Shown here in pieces: positions 9,502 to 19,099 of a stretch of 64,000 nucleotides of DNA. The first letter of the stretch is position 1; each line of letters begins with the position of its first letter. The position numbers were made by a program, and so were the translations under genes. This DNA comes from a virus. Under the pieces are notes generated by a model. The model made no database searches. It saw nothing but the letters and a program-made list of their open reading frames with translations, and was not told the DNA's origin. The stretch lies in the IMG/VR virus record IMGVR_UViG_3300030339_000006; one strand, written 5' to 3'.

Positions 9502-10139
9502 AACCCATAATCCGACTCCCACACTCCCTTCTTGATTCGACCGGGGAGAAGTGGGTCTATGCTCAACACTTCCAAGTCCCGGACGATCCGAAGTTCTACT
9601 GGGTCGGCGGGGTACCTCTTCTGCGGGTTGAAGATCTTCCAGAGTTCATCATCAGACATGGCCTGGAAACGGCCTGTGCGGGCCTCTACGAGACGATCGT
9701 AGGGGACTGGTATGATTGGTTCGATTCCACTTCCAAAACGCCTGAGGGGCCTGCCAGGCGTTCTAACAGAGAGTCAACCAAAGTCGTTGATTCAGCAATG
9801 GCTCGCTTCGAGTCAATTTACCGTCAGCGGAAGGGCACGGAGTATGCCACTACCGTCGATTATCTTTACACACACTTCATGCAGATCATGGGTTTGGAAC
9901 GCAACGTGGAATGGGATGACCTCTCACAGTGGGAGCTCAGCCTATTGACAACAGTACAGATGGCCTTTGCAGGCATCATGCTGGCTTATCTCGACGGTCC
10001 CATGGAGATGGAGCTGGATGAAGTAATCCCAGTCACGATGTCGAAGTTGCACGCGGTCTTCAGTGGCGTGGCACTCTCAATGTCGTATGCAGTTGACAAC
10101 TTAACAGAAAACCTCAATGAATTTACGGAGAAATACTAA
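9498..10139 (+). CDS. Hypothetical protein
   Basis: 213-aa coupled ORF. Confidence 0.7.
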   Translation: MKPIIRLPHSLLDSTGEKWVYAQHFQVPDDPKFYWVGGVPLLRVEDLPEFIIRHGLETACAGLYETIVGDWYDWFDSTSKTPEGPARRSNRESTKVVDSAMARFESIYRQRKGTEYATTVDYLYTHFMQIMGLERNVEWDDLSQWELSLLTTVQMAFAGIMLAYLDGPMEMELDEVIPVTMSKLHAVFSGVALSMSYAVDNLTENLNEFTEKY

Positions 10140-10723
10140 TGTACGATATCTACTTGCAAGCCCTGGCGGTCTTGGAGGTCCTTGAGTGGGCCGAACGCCG
10201 TATCAAAAAGGGGCGACCGGTTCGGGTCGTCAGTCGTCTAGTTCGTAACGGTCTCTTCAAAGAGAAGGCCGTCGTGTACCTCCTGGATGCTCTGCGTCCG
10301 AATGAAGCTCTGCGGTTTCGTAATGCGGTGGCTACAATCGAGGGTCACTACGCTCGGTTGAACCTGGCAGACAAGGAATGGATTCGTCGGGAAGGACCGG
10401 TCGCTACTGGGTTTTACCTGTCCTATCTTAACGATCACACTCAGGTCATCGACACGGCATACCAGTTCCTCTTGGGTATGCCGATAACGACGGAAAACGA
10501 TCAGGTAGCCTCTGTGGCCGGTGTTCTGGTTATGTCGCCATCTTGGGTCGTCAAGGTCCTGATGGATGAAATCTCTCCGGAGAAAGTCCCGCTCGCCGGG
10601 GCTCAGGTGATGAATCTGTTCGCAGTAACTCTCAACTCGACCGTGAAGATGCGAATCCCGGATTCTCTCATCGAACGGTTTAATGAACTCACTGAAATGG
10701 TAAGGATAAGACTTAATGCTTGA
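10139..10723 (+). CDS. Hypothetical protein
   Basis: GGAG RBS, TAATG coupling. Confidence 0.7.
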   Translation: MYDIYLQALAVLEVLEWAERRIKKGRPVRVVSRLVRNGLFKEKAVVYLLDALRPNEALRFRNAVATIEGHYARLNLADKEWIRREGPVATGFYLSYLNDHTQVIDTAYQFLLGMPITTENDQVASVAGVLVMSPSWVVKVLMDEISPEKVPLAGAQVMNLFAVTLNSTVKMRIPDSLIERFNELTEMVRIRLNA

Positions 10724-11132
10724 TGATATCAAAGAAGGGCATCCGGTAGAGACGACCGAGGGCTACCCGATCGAAGTCCTAAAGATCTTCGACGGTTCGC
10801 ATGGGACTTTAATTGCCGGGATATACCGTGTAGGCCAGGGGGAGTACGTGTCGGGGTTGTGGGATGACGTGGGGTCTGCCCTACAGGATCACCCTGACTT
10901 GGAACTTCGGGAAATGGCCATGGACCTCCATTGGGATCTGATCCATGAAGATATTACGCATGTGGTAATGGACCAGGATGGTGATTTGGTGCTCTTTAAG
11001 GAGGAACCTGAATTGGGTCGTCATCACTGGCTATCCGACGAGGATAACTGGGAGGTCACCGGTCTCGTCAAGCTCCTTAAAACCCCGTATGACCCAGTGA
11101 ACTGGAAGTTCTCCCTCACGGAGCGTCCATGA
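10716..11132 (+). CDS. Hypothetical protein (paralogue of 11410..11856)
   Basis: PVETTEGYPIEVL...SLTERP vs PLYTSDGFRVRVL...SLQERP. Confidence 0.7.
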   Translation: MLDDIKEGHPVETTEGYPIEVLKIFDGSHGTLIAGIYRVGQGEYVSGLWDDVGSALQDHPDLELREMAMDLHWDLIHEDITHVVMDQDGDLVLFKEEPELGRHHWLSDEDNWEVTGLVKLLKTPYDPVNWKFSLTERP

Positions 11133-11413
11133 ACCTGCAACTGTCGGTGAAGGGAGAGTATTTTGACGCGATGGTGGCCGGCGAGAAGGTCTTTGAGTTT
11201 CGCGATCGAAATGAGTACTGGAAGAAACGCATCGAAGGCCGGGAGTACGACCGACTGATCATCACCAAGGGTTATCCCAAACGTGATGATCAGTCTCGTC
11301 GCCTGGACCTTCCCTACCTAGGCTATGAAGAACAGACGATCACGCACCCGCACTTCGGTGACGATCCGATTGACGTCTATGCCCTTCACATTGATATATC
11401 GAGGCGCCAATGA
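11129..11413 (+). CDS. ASCH/PUA-like (DUF3850-type) protein
   Basis: YFDAMVAGEKVFEFR...YW (GxKxxExR motif). Confidence 0.8.
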   Translation: MNLQLSVKGEYFDAMVAGEKVFEFRDRNEYWKKRIEGREYDRLIITKGYPKRDDQSRRLDLPYLGYEEQTITHPHFGDDPIDVYALHIDISRRQ

Positions 11414-11856
11414 GACTGATTAACTTTGACCCCGCCATTCATAACCCAAAACGAGTACCGCTGTACACCAGTGATGGTTTTCGCGTTCGTGTCCTGCGAA
11501 CGGCCCGCTGGATTGACCGCAATTACTACGCCTGCTTGATCACCGTCAAGGACGGCTCGGAGATGGAGGGCTTCTACGTGGACAACGGAGTGTCGCTGTC
11601 GGGACGCCGTATCCTCATGGTAGACATCTCCGTCGCCCGGCCGGTGATTGATTGGTCTAAGATCCCGCAGCAGTTCAACCGGATCTCCGTAGACCACGAG
11701 AAAATCGTGATGCACAATCTCGATGAAGTCCCTACCCAATGGACGCCTATTCAAGAGGGAGTTTATGAGTACGCCCCGATCGAGGCTTATCCAAAGGGTT
11801 TCCGCAAGACCCACGCGAATCGACTTAAAGAACACTCACTTCAGGAACGCCCATGA
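11410..11856 (+). CDS. Hypothetical protein (paralogue of 10716..11132)
   Basis: Shared N- and C-terminal motifs. Confidence 0.7.
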   Translation: MRLINFDPAIHNPKRVPLYTSDGFRVRVLRTARWIDRNYYACLITVKDGSEMEGFYVDNGVSLSGRRILMVDISVARPVIDWSKIPQQFNRISVDHEKIVMHNLDEVPTQWTPIQEGVYEYAPIEAYPKGFRKTHANRLKEHSLQERP

Positions 11857-12356
11857 ACTTCCAAACAGCACTGTCCTTCTACAAAGATCTCAACGAAGGT
11901 GTTACCGCCGTCATGTCTAGCGGTGAACTGTCCGCAGCCTTGAAGTTTCTCTCTCCGTCTCAACAGTTCGCCATGATGGCTGATATCCGGGCAAGGCAGC
12001 TGGAGGCCGTTGTCCTTCGGAGTTCCTACGACGTAGAGCTGAAACTTGGCATGGACGTGGTGGAGAAACACTCTGAATTCTTGGAAGACCACTACGCCAT
12101 TGCCATAATGAACCTCTCTTCGTTTCTCGAGGAGATCAAAGGTCTCGAGGTTAAGGGCCTGGAGCACGCTCAAATAACCATGGAGGTCCTTACCCGTTGC
12201 AATAACCGCCGACATGTCGGGATTGATTTGATCCATTGGTTAAACGACCCACAGTGGATCACCACCGTGTTCCTGCCGTTGATCAAGCTCGAAGACCGTG
12301 ATGCACTCTTCACTTCGTATAGCCAACACGTACTCCCGTACGTGACCAATAACTAA
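11853..12356 (+). CDS. Hypothetical protein
   Basis: 167-aa coupled ORF. Confidence 0.7.
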   Translation: MNFQTALSFYKDLNEGVTAVMSSGELSAALKFLSPSQQFAMMADIRARQLEAVVLRSSYDVELKLGMDVVEKHSEFLEDHYAIAIMNLSSFLEEIKGLEVKGLEHAQITMEVLTRCNNRRHVGIDLIHWLNDPQWITTVFLPLIKLEDRDALFTSYSQHVLPYVTNN

Positions 12357-12383
12357 GGGGACCTCCCCTTTTAGGAGACAAAA

Positions 12384-13223
12384 ATGAAAATATGGTATGG
12401 TTCAGATCTGCACTGCGACTTCTGGGAAGGCAAGACGATCACCGACTTCCTTGACTTGGCGAAGTACGACAATTATATCCTGGCCGGCGACACCGGTGAG
12501 TGGAAGATGGGTAAAGGCCCTTGCCGCCCGGCCGTCCTGGATCCTCTGCGGGAAGCCGGAAAGTCAGTCATTGAGATTGCCGGCAACCACACCTACTACC
12601 GTGGCGAATTGGCCCTCACGCTAGAAGATCTCTGGGATATGGATGACCGCCATCGGGATTACACCTTCTTGGAAAATCAATGCCGGGATTTCCCCGAGCA
12701 GCGTCTGCGTATCTGGGGTTCAACGCTCTGGACGAACTTCCTGAACAGTGAAGACTGCCGAGAGGCGGCAGGGATGTACATGAATGATTACCGTCAGATC
12801 CTGATGAATCGCCCTCGTGGTGACATCTATCTGCGTCCAGAGGATACTGAAGCGATGTTCTATAAGGCCCGGGCGTCCCTGAAGGAAGCCAGTGATGGCC
12901 TGCCGGCGGGCTGGCGACTCGTCGTCGTCACCCATCATGCCCCAACCCTACTGTCCGTCGGCCGGAAATTCCAAGATCCCCGCTACGCCAGGCTGAACGG
13001 CGCCTACGCGAACAACATGTATGATTGGCTCTGTGAGAATAACATCCAGCCCGACGTGTGGATCCACGGCCACATTCACGAGCGGGCGAACTACGAGTTG
13101 GACATCAACGGTCGAATCTGTCGTGTCGTGTCGAACACCTTCGGTTATCCGGAAGAGATCGACCGCTCGAAGTTCGCCGACCGCTACATCGAGATTCTTG
13201 AGGATCGAATTATCGTGGTATAA
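12384..13223 (+). CDS. Calcineurin-like metallophosphoesterase
   Basis: SDLH, AGD, GNH, THHAP, HGHIH motifs. Confidence 0.9.
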   Translation: MKIWYGSDLHCDFWEGKTITDFLDLAKYDNYILAGDTGEWKMGKGPCRPAVLDPLREAGKSVIEIAGNHTYYRGELALTLEDLWDMDDRHRDYTFLENQCRDFPEQRLRIWGSTLWTNFLNSEDCREAAGMYMNDYRQILMNRPRGDIYLRPEDTEAMFYKARASLKEASDGLPAGWRLVVVTHHAPTLLSVGRKFQDPRYARLNGAYANNMYDWLCENNIQPDVWIHGHIHERANYELDINGRICRVVSNTFGYPEEIDRSKFADRYIEILEDRIIVV

Positions 13224-13251
13224 GAAAGGTGTAACCCACTGGAGACTTATC

Positions 13252-13629
13252 ATGATAACCACTTTGATTCTTACCGTAGTACTGGGCGGCCAGGACGTCG
13301 CGAAATTCGGCTACGTGTATCCTGACCAGGCTCAGTGTGTGAGTGCCACTCATCGTGCCGGCTACGCGACGACCGGTCGATACACCGTAGAGCTCGAATG
13401 CCGCCCGGAACCTACTCCTTCGCCAGCAGTCTACCAAGCGCCGACCGATTGGCAGGCCTTGGTAATGTCCATGGTGCTCGACACGAAAGTCGTCGTCATG
13501 GACCCGACTGAGGTCAGTACCCTCCCTGATTCCGCATCCTGTGATGCTTATATTGCTCAGGCAACTAAGCGGTTCAAGATGTTGGGCGGGAGGGATTTTG
13601 TCAGCTTCTGCTTACCTAAGGCACCGTAA
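13252..13629 (+). CDS. Hypothetical protein with two small Cys-pair repeats
   Basis: YPDQAQC...C and LPDSASC...C; GGAG RBS. Confidence 0.65.
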   Translation: MITTLILTVVLGGQDVAKFGYVYPDQAQCVSATHRAGYATTGRYTVELECRPEPTPSPAVYQAPTDWQALVMSMVLDTKVVVMDPTEVSTLPDSASCDAYIAQATKRFKMLGGRDFVSFCLPKAP

Positions 13630-14318
13630 TGAAATCCCTGACCTTCCGCCGAGCGGAGTTCATCAGTATCGACGGAGGACCCGGCGTTTCAACCTTCTTG
13701 GATGAGACCGGGGATATCGTCTTCGTGGACGTCCGCTCGCTGATCGAACAGATTGGCCTGCCACTCTTGGCCGAAAGCGATCGCTTGACGAGCGACCCAC
13801 GGCTGGTTACTCAGTTACAGCTCTGTTCAGATTACAGCTATAACGAGGGATTCAAACAGAATTCCCTCTTCATTCCGCTCGATAACATCAACGATTACCT
13901 GTACTCCATACCGGAGCAGGATGGTGCACTGCAGGGTAACCTCCAGCACTATCGTGTGCGTTTCGCCATCGAAGCCGATCGTCACTGGTCTCGCTTGGAG
14001 AAAACACACGCAGCAGAAAACGCACTGGACTGGCGACGATTGCTCGTCATCCAGGGGCGTCAACAACTTACCCAGGCTGTCCGTGCGTTGGACGGGGAAG
14101 CGGTAGACATTATCCAGGCAGGTGTTCGACAGGTGGCTTTCGGGGCGTTGGTCCCTATCGACAACCTGGATTCTCGACAACTGGATCTTCTAAATCTCGC
14201 GTACAGCCTGGCCCTCGACGTGATTGTCTTCTGTGTGGAGAACGGGTATGACTTCGGTTATGCCTCGTCCGCCATCCAGCAAGGCTTCGATGAACACATC
14301 CGACCGTGGAATTTCTAA
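13629..14318 (+). CDS. P22 antirepressor N-terminal-domain paralogue (divergent)
   Basis: VRSLIEQIGL...IPLDNINDYLYSI...LQHYR...HW. Confidence 0.65.
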   Translation: MKSLTFRRAEFISIDGGPGVSTFLDETGDIVFVDVRSLIEQIGLPLLAESDRLTSDPRLVTQLQLCSDYSYNEGFKQNSLFIPLDNINDYLYSIPEQDGALQGNLQHYRVRFAIEADRHWSRLEKTHAAENALDWRRLLVIQGRQQLTQAVRALDGEAVDIIQAGVRQVAFGALVPIDNLDSRQLDLLNLAYSLALDVIVFCVENGYDFGYASSAIQQGFDEHIRPWNF

Positions 14319-14360
14319 TGGTCACCCGGGAGGATCCTCTCCCGGTTTTTAGGAGCCAGC

Positions 14361-14588
14361 ATGCTCATAGATTACTCGCTAAATGGGAACACCATCTTGA
14401 TGGTCCCGCTGTCCTCCCTGTCAAAAGGGGAGTTCTTCATGCACCACAATCAGCTCTACAAGCTTCTGTCCAAGCAGGAGCACTGTAGCGTACTGCATAT
14501 GGAGTTCTTGGAGCTCCACATCTTTGCGTCTTCCGGCCTGGTCCTCCCTACTATCATCCACGGTATCAATCTGGAGATTACCCTGTGA
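14361..14588 (+). CDS. Small protein (paralogue family 3)
   Basis: LSSLSKGEFF...LYKL motif. Confidence 0.7.
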   Translation: MLIDYSLNGNTILMVPLSSLSKGEFFMHHNQLYKLLSKQEHCSVLHMEFLELHIFASSGLVLPTIIHGINLEITL

Positions 14589-14815
14589 CAAAATACGCTT
14601 ACGAAGAGGACTGGCGGTCTACCTCTGTCAAAGCCTCCTCGATTCCCCAGGGACGTTTCTTCCGTATAGAAGGCGACCTGTATAAAGTCCTGTCTCATCG
14701 GAAAGATGACTTGCTCGCCCTGCTGATGGAGACTCTTGAACTCCGCTTCATTACTGATACTCAGTGCGTCACCCCAGTTTCTGTTAGTTCAGTAGAAACG
14801 AAGGTGATACTATGA
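14585..14815 (+). CDS. Small protein (paralogue family 3)
   Basis: ASSIPQGRFFRIEGDLYKV. Confidence 0.7.
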   Translation: MTKYAYEEDWRSTSVKASSIPQGRFFRIEGDLYKVLSHRKDDLLALLMETLELRFITDTQCVTPVSVSSVETKVIL

Positions 14816-15057
14816 CGGTAGATTTCATCGAAACTAACCGTGCCATGCTGCAGATTAAGCTGGATAGTGTCCAACAATGTGCCTTCTTCTTCCATGAGGG
14901 TACGCTCTTTCGCCGGATAACCGATACTGGATCGTCTACGACAGCGGGGATAGAGTGCCTGGATATGGAACTGCTAGACGTATGCTACCTCGATAGCGGG
15001 TCCATTATTGACCCCGTTGAAGTTGATAAAGTCATCGTTAAGGTAACTTACAAATGA
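14812..15057 (+). CDS. Small protein (paralogue family 3)
   Basis: LDSVQQCAFFFHEGTLFRR. Confidence 0.7.
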   Translation: MTVDFIETNRAMLQIKLDSVQQCAFFFHEGTLFRRITDTGSSTTAGIECLDMELLDVCYLDSGSIIDPVEVDKVIVKVTYK

Positions 15058-15293
15058 TTAACCTAAAGGAAACCCGTGTTGAACTCCGAGACCTCCGCCT
15101 GGAGGACCTCATAACCGGCAGCTACTTCCGTTTCGAAGAGGACGGCGTCCTGCTGCGTTGTGACGTGTATGATGGCATGGGGAATGTCCTCTGCGTCGCT
15201 CTGGATGACCTGGCGATCTCCCAGGAAAACCCCGGCCGTCGCGTTATCCCGGTGGATATCCATCGCATCAGCATTGAAGTGGAGTACCTATGA
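15054..15293 (+). CDS. Small protein (paralogue family 3)
   Basis: LEDLITGSYFRFEEDG. Confidence 0.7.
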   Translation: MINLKETRVELRDLRLEDLITGSYFRFEEDGVLLRCDVYDGMGNVLCVALDDLAISQENPGRRVIPVDIHRISIEVEYL

Positions 15294-15697
15294 AATTATC
15301 CAGCCTGAAAGACGGGCAACGTTTTATCCTGGACGGCCTCTTCTATCGCAAACTGGACCGTGATACGGACAATTACGATTACGTCAAGTGCTTCGATGAG
15401 TCGTCCCAGGAGATCGTGGATATTCAGGCATGCATCCCTATCTCCCCCGTTGCCCAGAATCCAGAAGTGGACATCCTGCTGACGGAGCCCGAGGATACTA
15501 TCACCCTTGGTAGCCTACCGTTCGGTTCCTTGTTTACTCTCGATCGGGATTCTTTGGATATGGTGCTTAAAGTTGCAGCCTGCGGGGTGAACTTCCACGT
15601 GGTCCGTCTTCAGGATATGTCCCCGCGTATATACGCAGAGTGTCAGGTCTTTTGGCCGAACGTGACAGCAATCAATATTGAGGTCAAGGTGGAATGA
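15290..15697 (+). CDS. Two-domain member of paralogue family 3
   Basis: LSSLKDGQRF... and LGSLPFGSLF... repeats. Confidence 0.7.
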   Translation: MKLSSLKDGQRFILDGLFYRKLDRDTDNYDYVKCFDESSQEIVDIQACIPISPVAQNPEVDILLTEPEDTITLGSLPFGSLFTLDRDSLDMVLKVAACGVNFHVVRLQDMSPRIYAECQVFWPNVTAINIEVKVE

Positions 15698-15897
15698 GCC
15701 CGGCTTACATGGTCTACCTTCGGCTCCGTCAGCTGGAGCTCGCCCTGGCCCTACCCGGCGCCCTGGAGAACCTCCGAGATGTGAATGGTAATGCCCTGCA
15801 GTTTGCGATCGATGTGAGGGACGCGATTGATAACTATGAAAGAATGTACCCAGAAGTTAAAGACATCGATGTTTGTGGCGTCGCTGTGCAATCGTAA
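15694..15897 (+). CDS. Hypothetical protein
   Basis: Coupled ORF. Confidence 0.6.
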   Translation: MSPAYMVYLRLRQLELALALPGALENLRDVNGNALQFAIDVRDAIDNYERMYPEVKDIDVCGVAVQS

Positions 15898-16096
15898 CGA
15901 TACTCGAGAAGCCGTCATTCTGCTTGATGCTAAGGGGAGCGAGGCGGCGATAGAGGAGACCTACCGATTGATGGATGAGCGGAGCTTCTCTCACGCCGGA
16001 CTCTTTGAGATCGGCAGGGGCTATACCGTCCTCTTACTCATTATCGATGATCAATCTCGCTCCGTTACGCGGGTATAAGTAAGTTGGAGGATACCC

Positions 16097-16927
16097 ATGA
16101 AAAATTACAGCCCTGATGATATAAAGATGGTCGAGTTCTATGGCCGTTTGATACCGACCGTGAAGTACCCTGATTCCAACGACCTGGCCGTCGTGATCGA
16201 TGACATCATCGTTCAGCTCGGTCTGCAGGATTGGAAGGACGAGTTGATGCAACGTGCTCTGTATGACACGAAGTTTCTGGCTCAGTTAATCAACATCGAA
16301 GACGGTCCTGGCCAGCAGTTGGTGGTCATTCCGTTGCACAAACTGAACGCGTACCTGTACTCTATCCGTATTCGCAAAGATGATGACCTGTGGTTCAAAC
16401 AGGAAGTGATCGACGCGATGACCGGTGAAGTGAAAGAAGAGACCGTCAACCTGCGTGAAAACCTGATTCGCTATCAGGACGAATGCTCGATGGCATTGCA
16501 CTCTTACTGGACCAACGGTATTGCGATTAACCCTAATGCCAACTCCCCCTTCGCGGCGCTCGGCTCGCTCTGGCGTACTGCCCGAATGAACCTGACCACT
16601 GTGATTGCTCGCTTCTCGGAGTTCGCAGAAACGACCGGTGAGGACTTCCCCGAAAAGACTGTTCAGCGTGGCATCAACATCCTGCTGAAGGAATTTCTGC
16701 CGGCCCAGCTGGTGGATGAACCGGAACTGTCAAACAACGGGTATGACCTGTACCGTCTGGCTCTGGCTGAAGACTACATCGCCCGCTACCTGAATAACTG
16801 TATCGTAACCAAAGATTCACCGACGCATTGCTTCACCCAGTTGGATGCCGACATGGTCGTCGCGTTCCACTCGATTGCCTCGGGCTTGCTCGAAGCGGTA
16901 AACAACTGGAACATCCCCACTCGATAA
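16097..16927 (+). CDS. P22 antirepressor N-terminal-domain protein
   Basis: VEFYG...IPLHKLNAYLYSI...LIRYQDEC...YWTNGIAINP. Confidence 0.85.
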   Translation: MKNYSPDDIKMVEFYGRLIPTVKYPDSNDLAVVIDDIIVQLGLQDWKDELMQRALYDTKFLAQLINIEDGPGQQLVVIPLHKLNAYLYSIRIRKDDDLWFKQEVIDAMTGEVKEETVNLRENLIRYQDECSMALHSYWTNGIAINPNANSPFAALGSLWRTARMNLTTVIARFSEFAETTGEDFPEKTVQRGINILLKEFLPAQLVDEPELSNNGYDLYRLALAEDYIARYLNNCIVTKDSPTHCFTQLDADMVVAFHSIASGLLEAVNNWNIPTR

Positions 16928-16992
16928 TCTGCGGATTACCGGTATAAGAGACCTGAGGGACAGTTCCGTCCCTCTTATTCTTAGGAGTTATT

Positions 16993-17766
16993 ATGTCTAC
17001 CCATTTCCTGTTAAAAGAGATCCACCGTGTAACCGTCCTCGGCACCGTAATTGAAATCCTCGGTGATGATAAAGGTCAACCAATGGTGCCGATTCGTTCA
17101 CTCTGTGACGCGATCGGTACGGTATACGGTGATGAATTCGCTCGTCTGCGTAGCGACCGCCGCCTGGGCGCCTATAGCATTCGTCTGCGTGCTGAAACGG
17201 ATCCAGTGGACATCGTCTGCGTGCCGTTAACCAAACTGCATGCGTTCCTGTACACCATGAATCCGGACGCTCTGGACAGCGTGGCCCGTGCCAAACTGGA
17301 AATGTTCCAGGACGAGTGCGTTGACGTTCTGAACGATTACTGGAACAAAGGCATTGCGATTAACGATCGTGAAGAACGTGGTAGCACTGAAGGCAGCAAA
17401 TTCCGTGATGCTCGTAAGCTGTCCCGCCCAGCGTTGGTCGAAGCGGTTAAGCGTCTGACGGCGTACGCAGCGACTACCGGTGTCGAACTGGATCCGGACG
17501 ACGTGTATCACCACTTGATCACTTTCTGCTGGGATCGTCTGGGCCGCAACCCGATGAAGTCCGAGTATGAAGAGATCGACACCAATACTCACGGTGCAGA
17601 CTCCTACTTCCTGGCTCTGATGGAACGTACGGCCGTCAAGTTGATCGATGTGGTTATCCAGGAAGGTTACCAGGTCAGTGATGTCATCAACTACCTCGGT
17701 GAAAACATCGACGTGGAACTGGCCAAACTGACTGAACGTGGATTCGAGCTGCTGGAAGCGAAGTAA
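16993..17766 (+). CDS. P22 antirepressor N-terminal-domain protein
   Basis: VPIRSLCDAIG...VPLTKLHAFL...FQDECVDVLNDYWNKGIAIN. Confidence 0.85.
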   Translation: MSTHFLLKEIHRVTVLGTVIEILGDDKGQPMVPIRSLCDAIGTVYGDEFARLRSDRRLGAYSIRLRAETDPVDIVCVPLTKLHAFLYTMNPDALDSVARAKLEMFQDECVDVLNDYWNKGIAINDREERGSTEGSKFRDARKLSRPALVEAVKRLTAYAATTGVELDPDDVYHHLITFCWDRLGRNPMKSEYEEIDTNTHGADSYFLALMERTAVKLIDVVIQEGYQVSDVINYLGENIDVELAKLTERGFELLEAK

Positions 17767-17772
17767 CAAAAC

Positions 17773-17790
17773 GGGACCCTTCGGGGTCCC
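17773..17790 (+). terminator. UUCG hairpin terminator
   Basis: gggaccc-ttcg-gggtccc. Confidence 0.65.
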
Positions 17791-17822
17791 TATCCTAACT
17801 GAATTTCTCTATTTGAGGTTGT

Positions 17823-18611
17823 ATGAAACTGATTGATTTTTATGGCGATACTCTTGAAGTCGTCGAAATGGAAGGTGGTCCCGGTGTTACTGCTCGTCGT
17901 CTGGTCGAGAACCTGGGGTTAGAATGGTCTGGTCAGTTAAAGAAACTGGAAGATCCTATCTACGCTTGTGTACATATGTACACAACTGGATCTGACGACA
18001 AGAAGTATGAAATGATGGTCATGCCTGTGAAGTCTCTGCCGGCTTTCCTCTTCTCGATTAACCCGAAGAAAGTCCGTGAAGACCTGCGTGAGAAACTGGC
18101 CCACTATCGTCTGGAGTGTGTGGACGTGCTATACCAGTACTGGGCAAAAGGCTACGCGATTAACCCTCGGCCGACGGTAGAATCCTCCCTGGAAGACTAT
18201 CTGAGCGGTACCGGTAAGGCCCACTACGCGTTCCTGGACAGCATGCTGGAGTCCGAGTGCAACGGTCCAGAGCATCGTTCCGCGATGGCGAAGGTCATTG
18301 AGCGTATTCTGAGTGAAGCACTCGAAGTTGAAGAAGTTGATATCGAGCGTAACTTCGTGCACCGCAAGCAGGGTTGGGTCTGCATGAGTCCTGTGGAAAT
18401 CACTGTGGTTCAAGCAGTCGAATCAGAGATTGGCCTGTACTTCGCCAAGAACGGCGTGCCGGCTAATGCAGAAGGTGTCATGGAAATGGGTCAGCAGGTT
18501 GGCCGTAAAGTGACAAGCCGTCTGCGTAAAGCGATGTTCATCTCTGAGACATTCTCTGAGAAGTTTGAGACGTCTTTGTTCGAGTTGCTGGGCATGAAAG
18601 AAACGGCTTGA
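17823..18611 (+). CDS. P22 antirepressor N-terminal-domain protein
   Basis: IDFYGD...LVENLGLEWSGQLKKL...FLFSINPKKVR...YRLEC...YWAKGYAINPR. Confidence 0.9.
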   Translation: MKLIDFYGDTLEVVEMEGGPGVTARRLVENLGLEWSGQLKKLEDPIYACVHMYTTGSDDKKYEMMVMPVKSLPAFLFSINPKKVREDLREKLAHYRLECVDVLYQYWAKGYAINPRPTVESSLEDYLSGTGKAHYAFLDSMLESECNGPEHRSAMAKVIERILSEALEVEEVDIERNFVHRKQGWVCMSPVEITVVQAVESEIGLYFAKNGVPANAEGVMEMGQQVGRKVTSRLRKAMFISETFSEKFETSLFELLGMKETA

Positions 18612-18614
18612 TGC

Positions 18615-18700
18615 GTTCTGGTACCAGAACACGTGGTTTGAAGTAAGCATTCGTACACATATGTGTACACGTGGTCAGTCGTTCTGGTATCGGAACGACT
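18615..18700. repeat. Array of three TA-centred palindromes
   Basis: gttctggt|accagaac, gtacacat|atgtgtac, agtcgttctggt|atcggaacgact. Confidence 0.85.
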
Positions 18701-18707
18701 GAAAACA

Positions 18708-18733
18708 AAGAGGGCTCCCGAAGGAGCCCTCTT
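18708..18733. terminator. Hairpin between convergent genes (UUCG loop on - strand)
   Basis: aagagggctcc-cgaa-ggagccctctt. Confidence 0.75.
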
Positions 18734-18746
18734 AAAGCCGAATCAA

Positions 18747-19022
18747 TTACGCGTTTACAGCGTCTTTGAAGCTACGGCCAGAGCGGAAGTGTGGAGCTTT
18801 GCGAGCTTCGATGGTCAGAGCTTCGCCGGTCTGTGGGTTACGACCATTACGCTCAGCACGATCGCGGCTTGAGAAAGTACCGAAGCCAGTAATACCAACA
18901 GTTTCGCCTGCAGAGACTTTTTCAACTACCAGATCCAGTGCAGCATTCAGTACTGCAGCAACGCGAGTTTTTGGTACTTCCAGAGTTTCAGCTACTTGTG
19001 CGATCAATTCAGATTTGTTCAT
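18747..19022 (-). CDS. hup: HU-family DNA-binding protein
   Basis: MNKSELIAQVA...GFGTF...RAERNGRNPQTG... Confidence 0.95.
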   Translation of the reverse strand: MNKSELIAQVAETLEVPKTRVAAVLNAALDLVVEKVSAGETVGITGFGTFSSRDRAERNGRNPQTGEALTIEARKAPHFRSGRSFKDAVNA

Positions 19023-19099
19023 GGGTGGTTCCTCTTTGTTTGGGTTGAACAGATAGTATATCAAGATAAAGCCAGGCGCAAGCCTTTTTGGAGAATTTT

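Noticed and set aside
18615-18700. CRISPR array
   Set aside because: Only three units, unequal spacing (38 and 28 bp), the variable part is the palindrome itself, and there are no cas genes.
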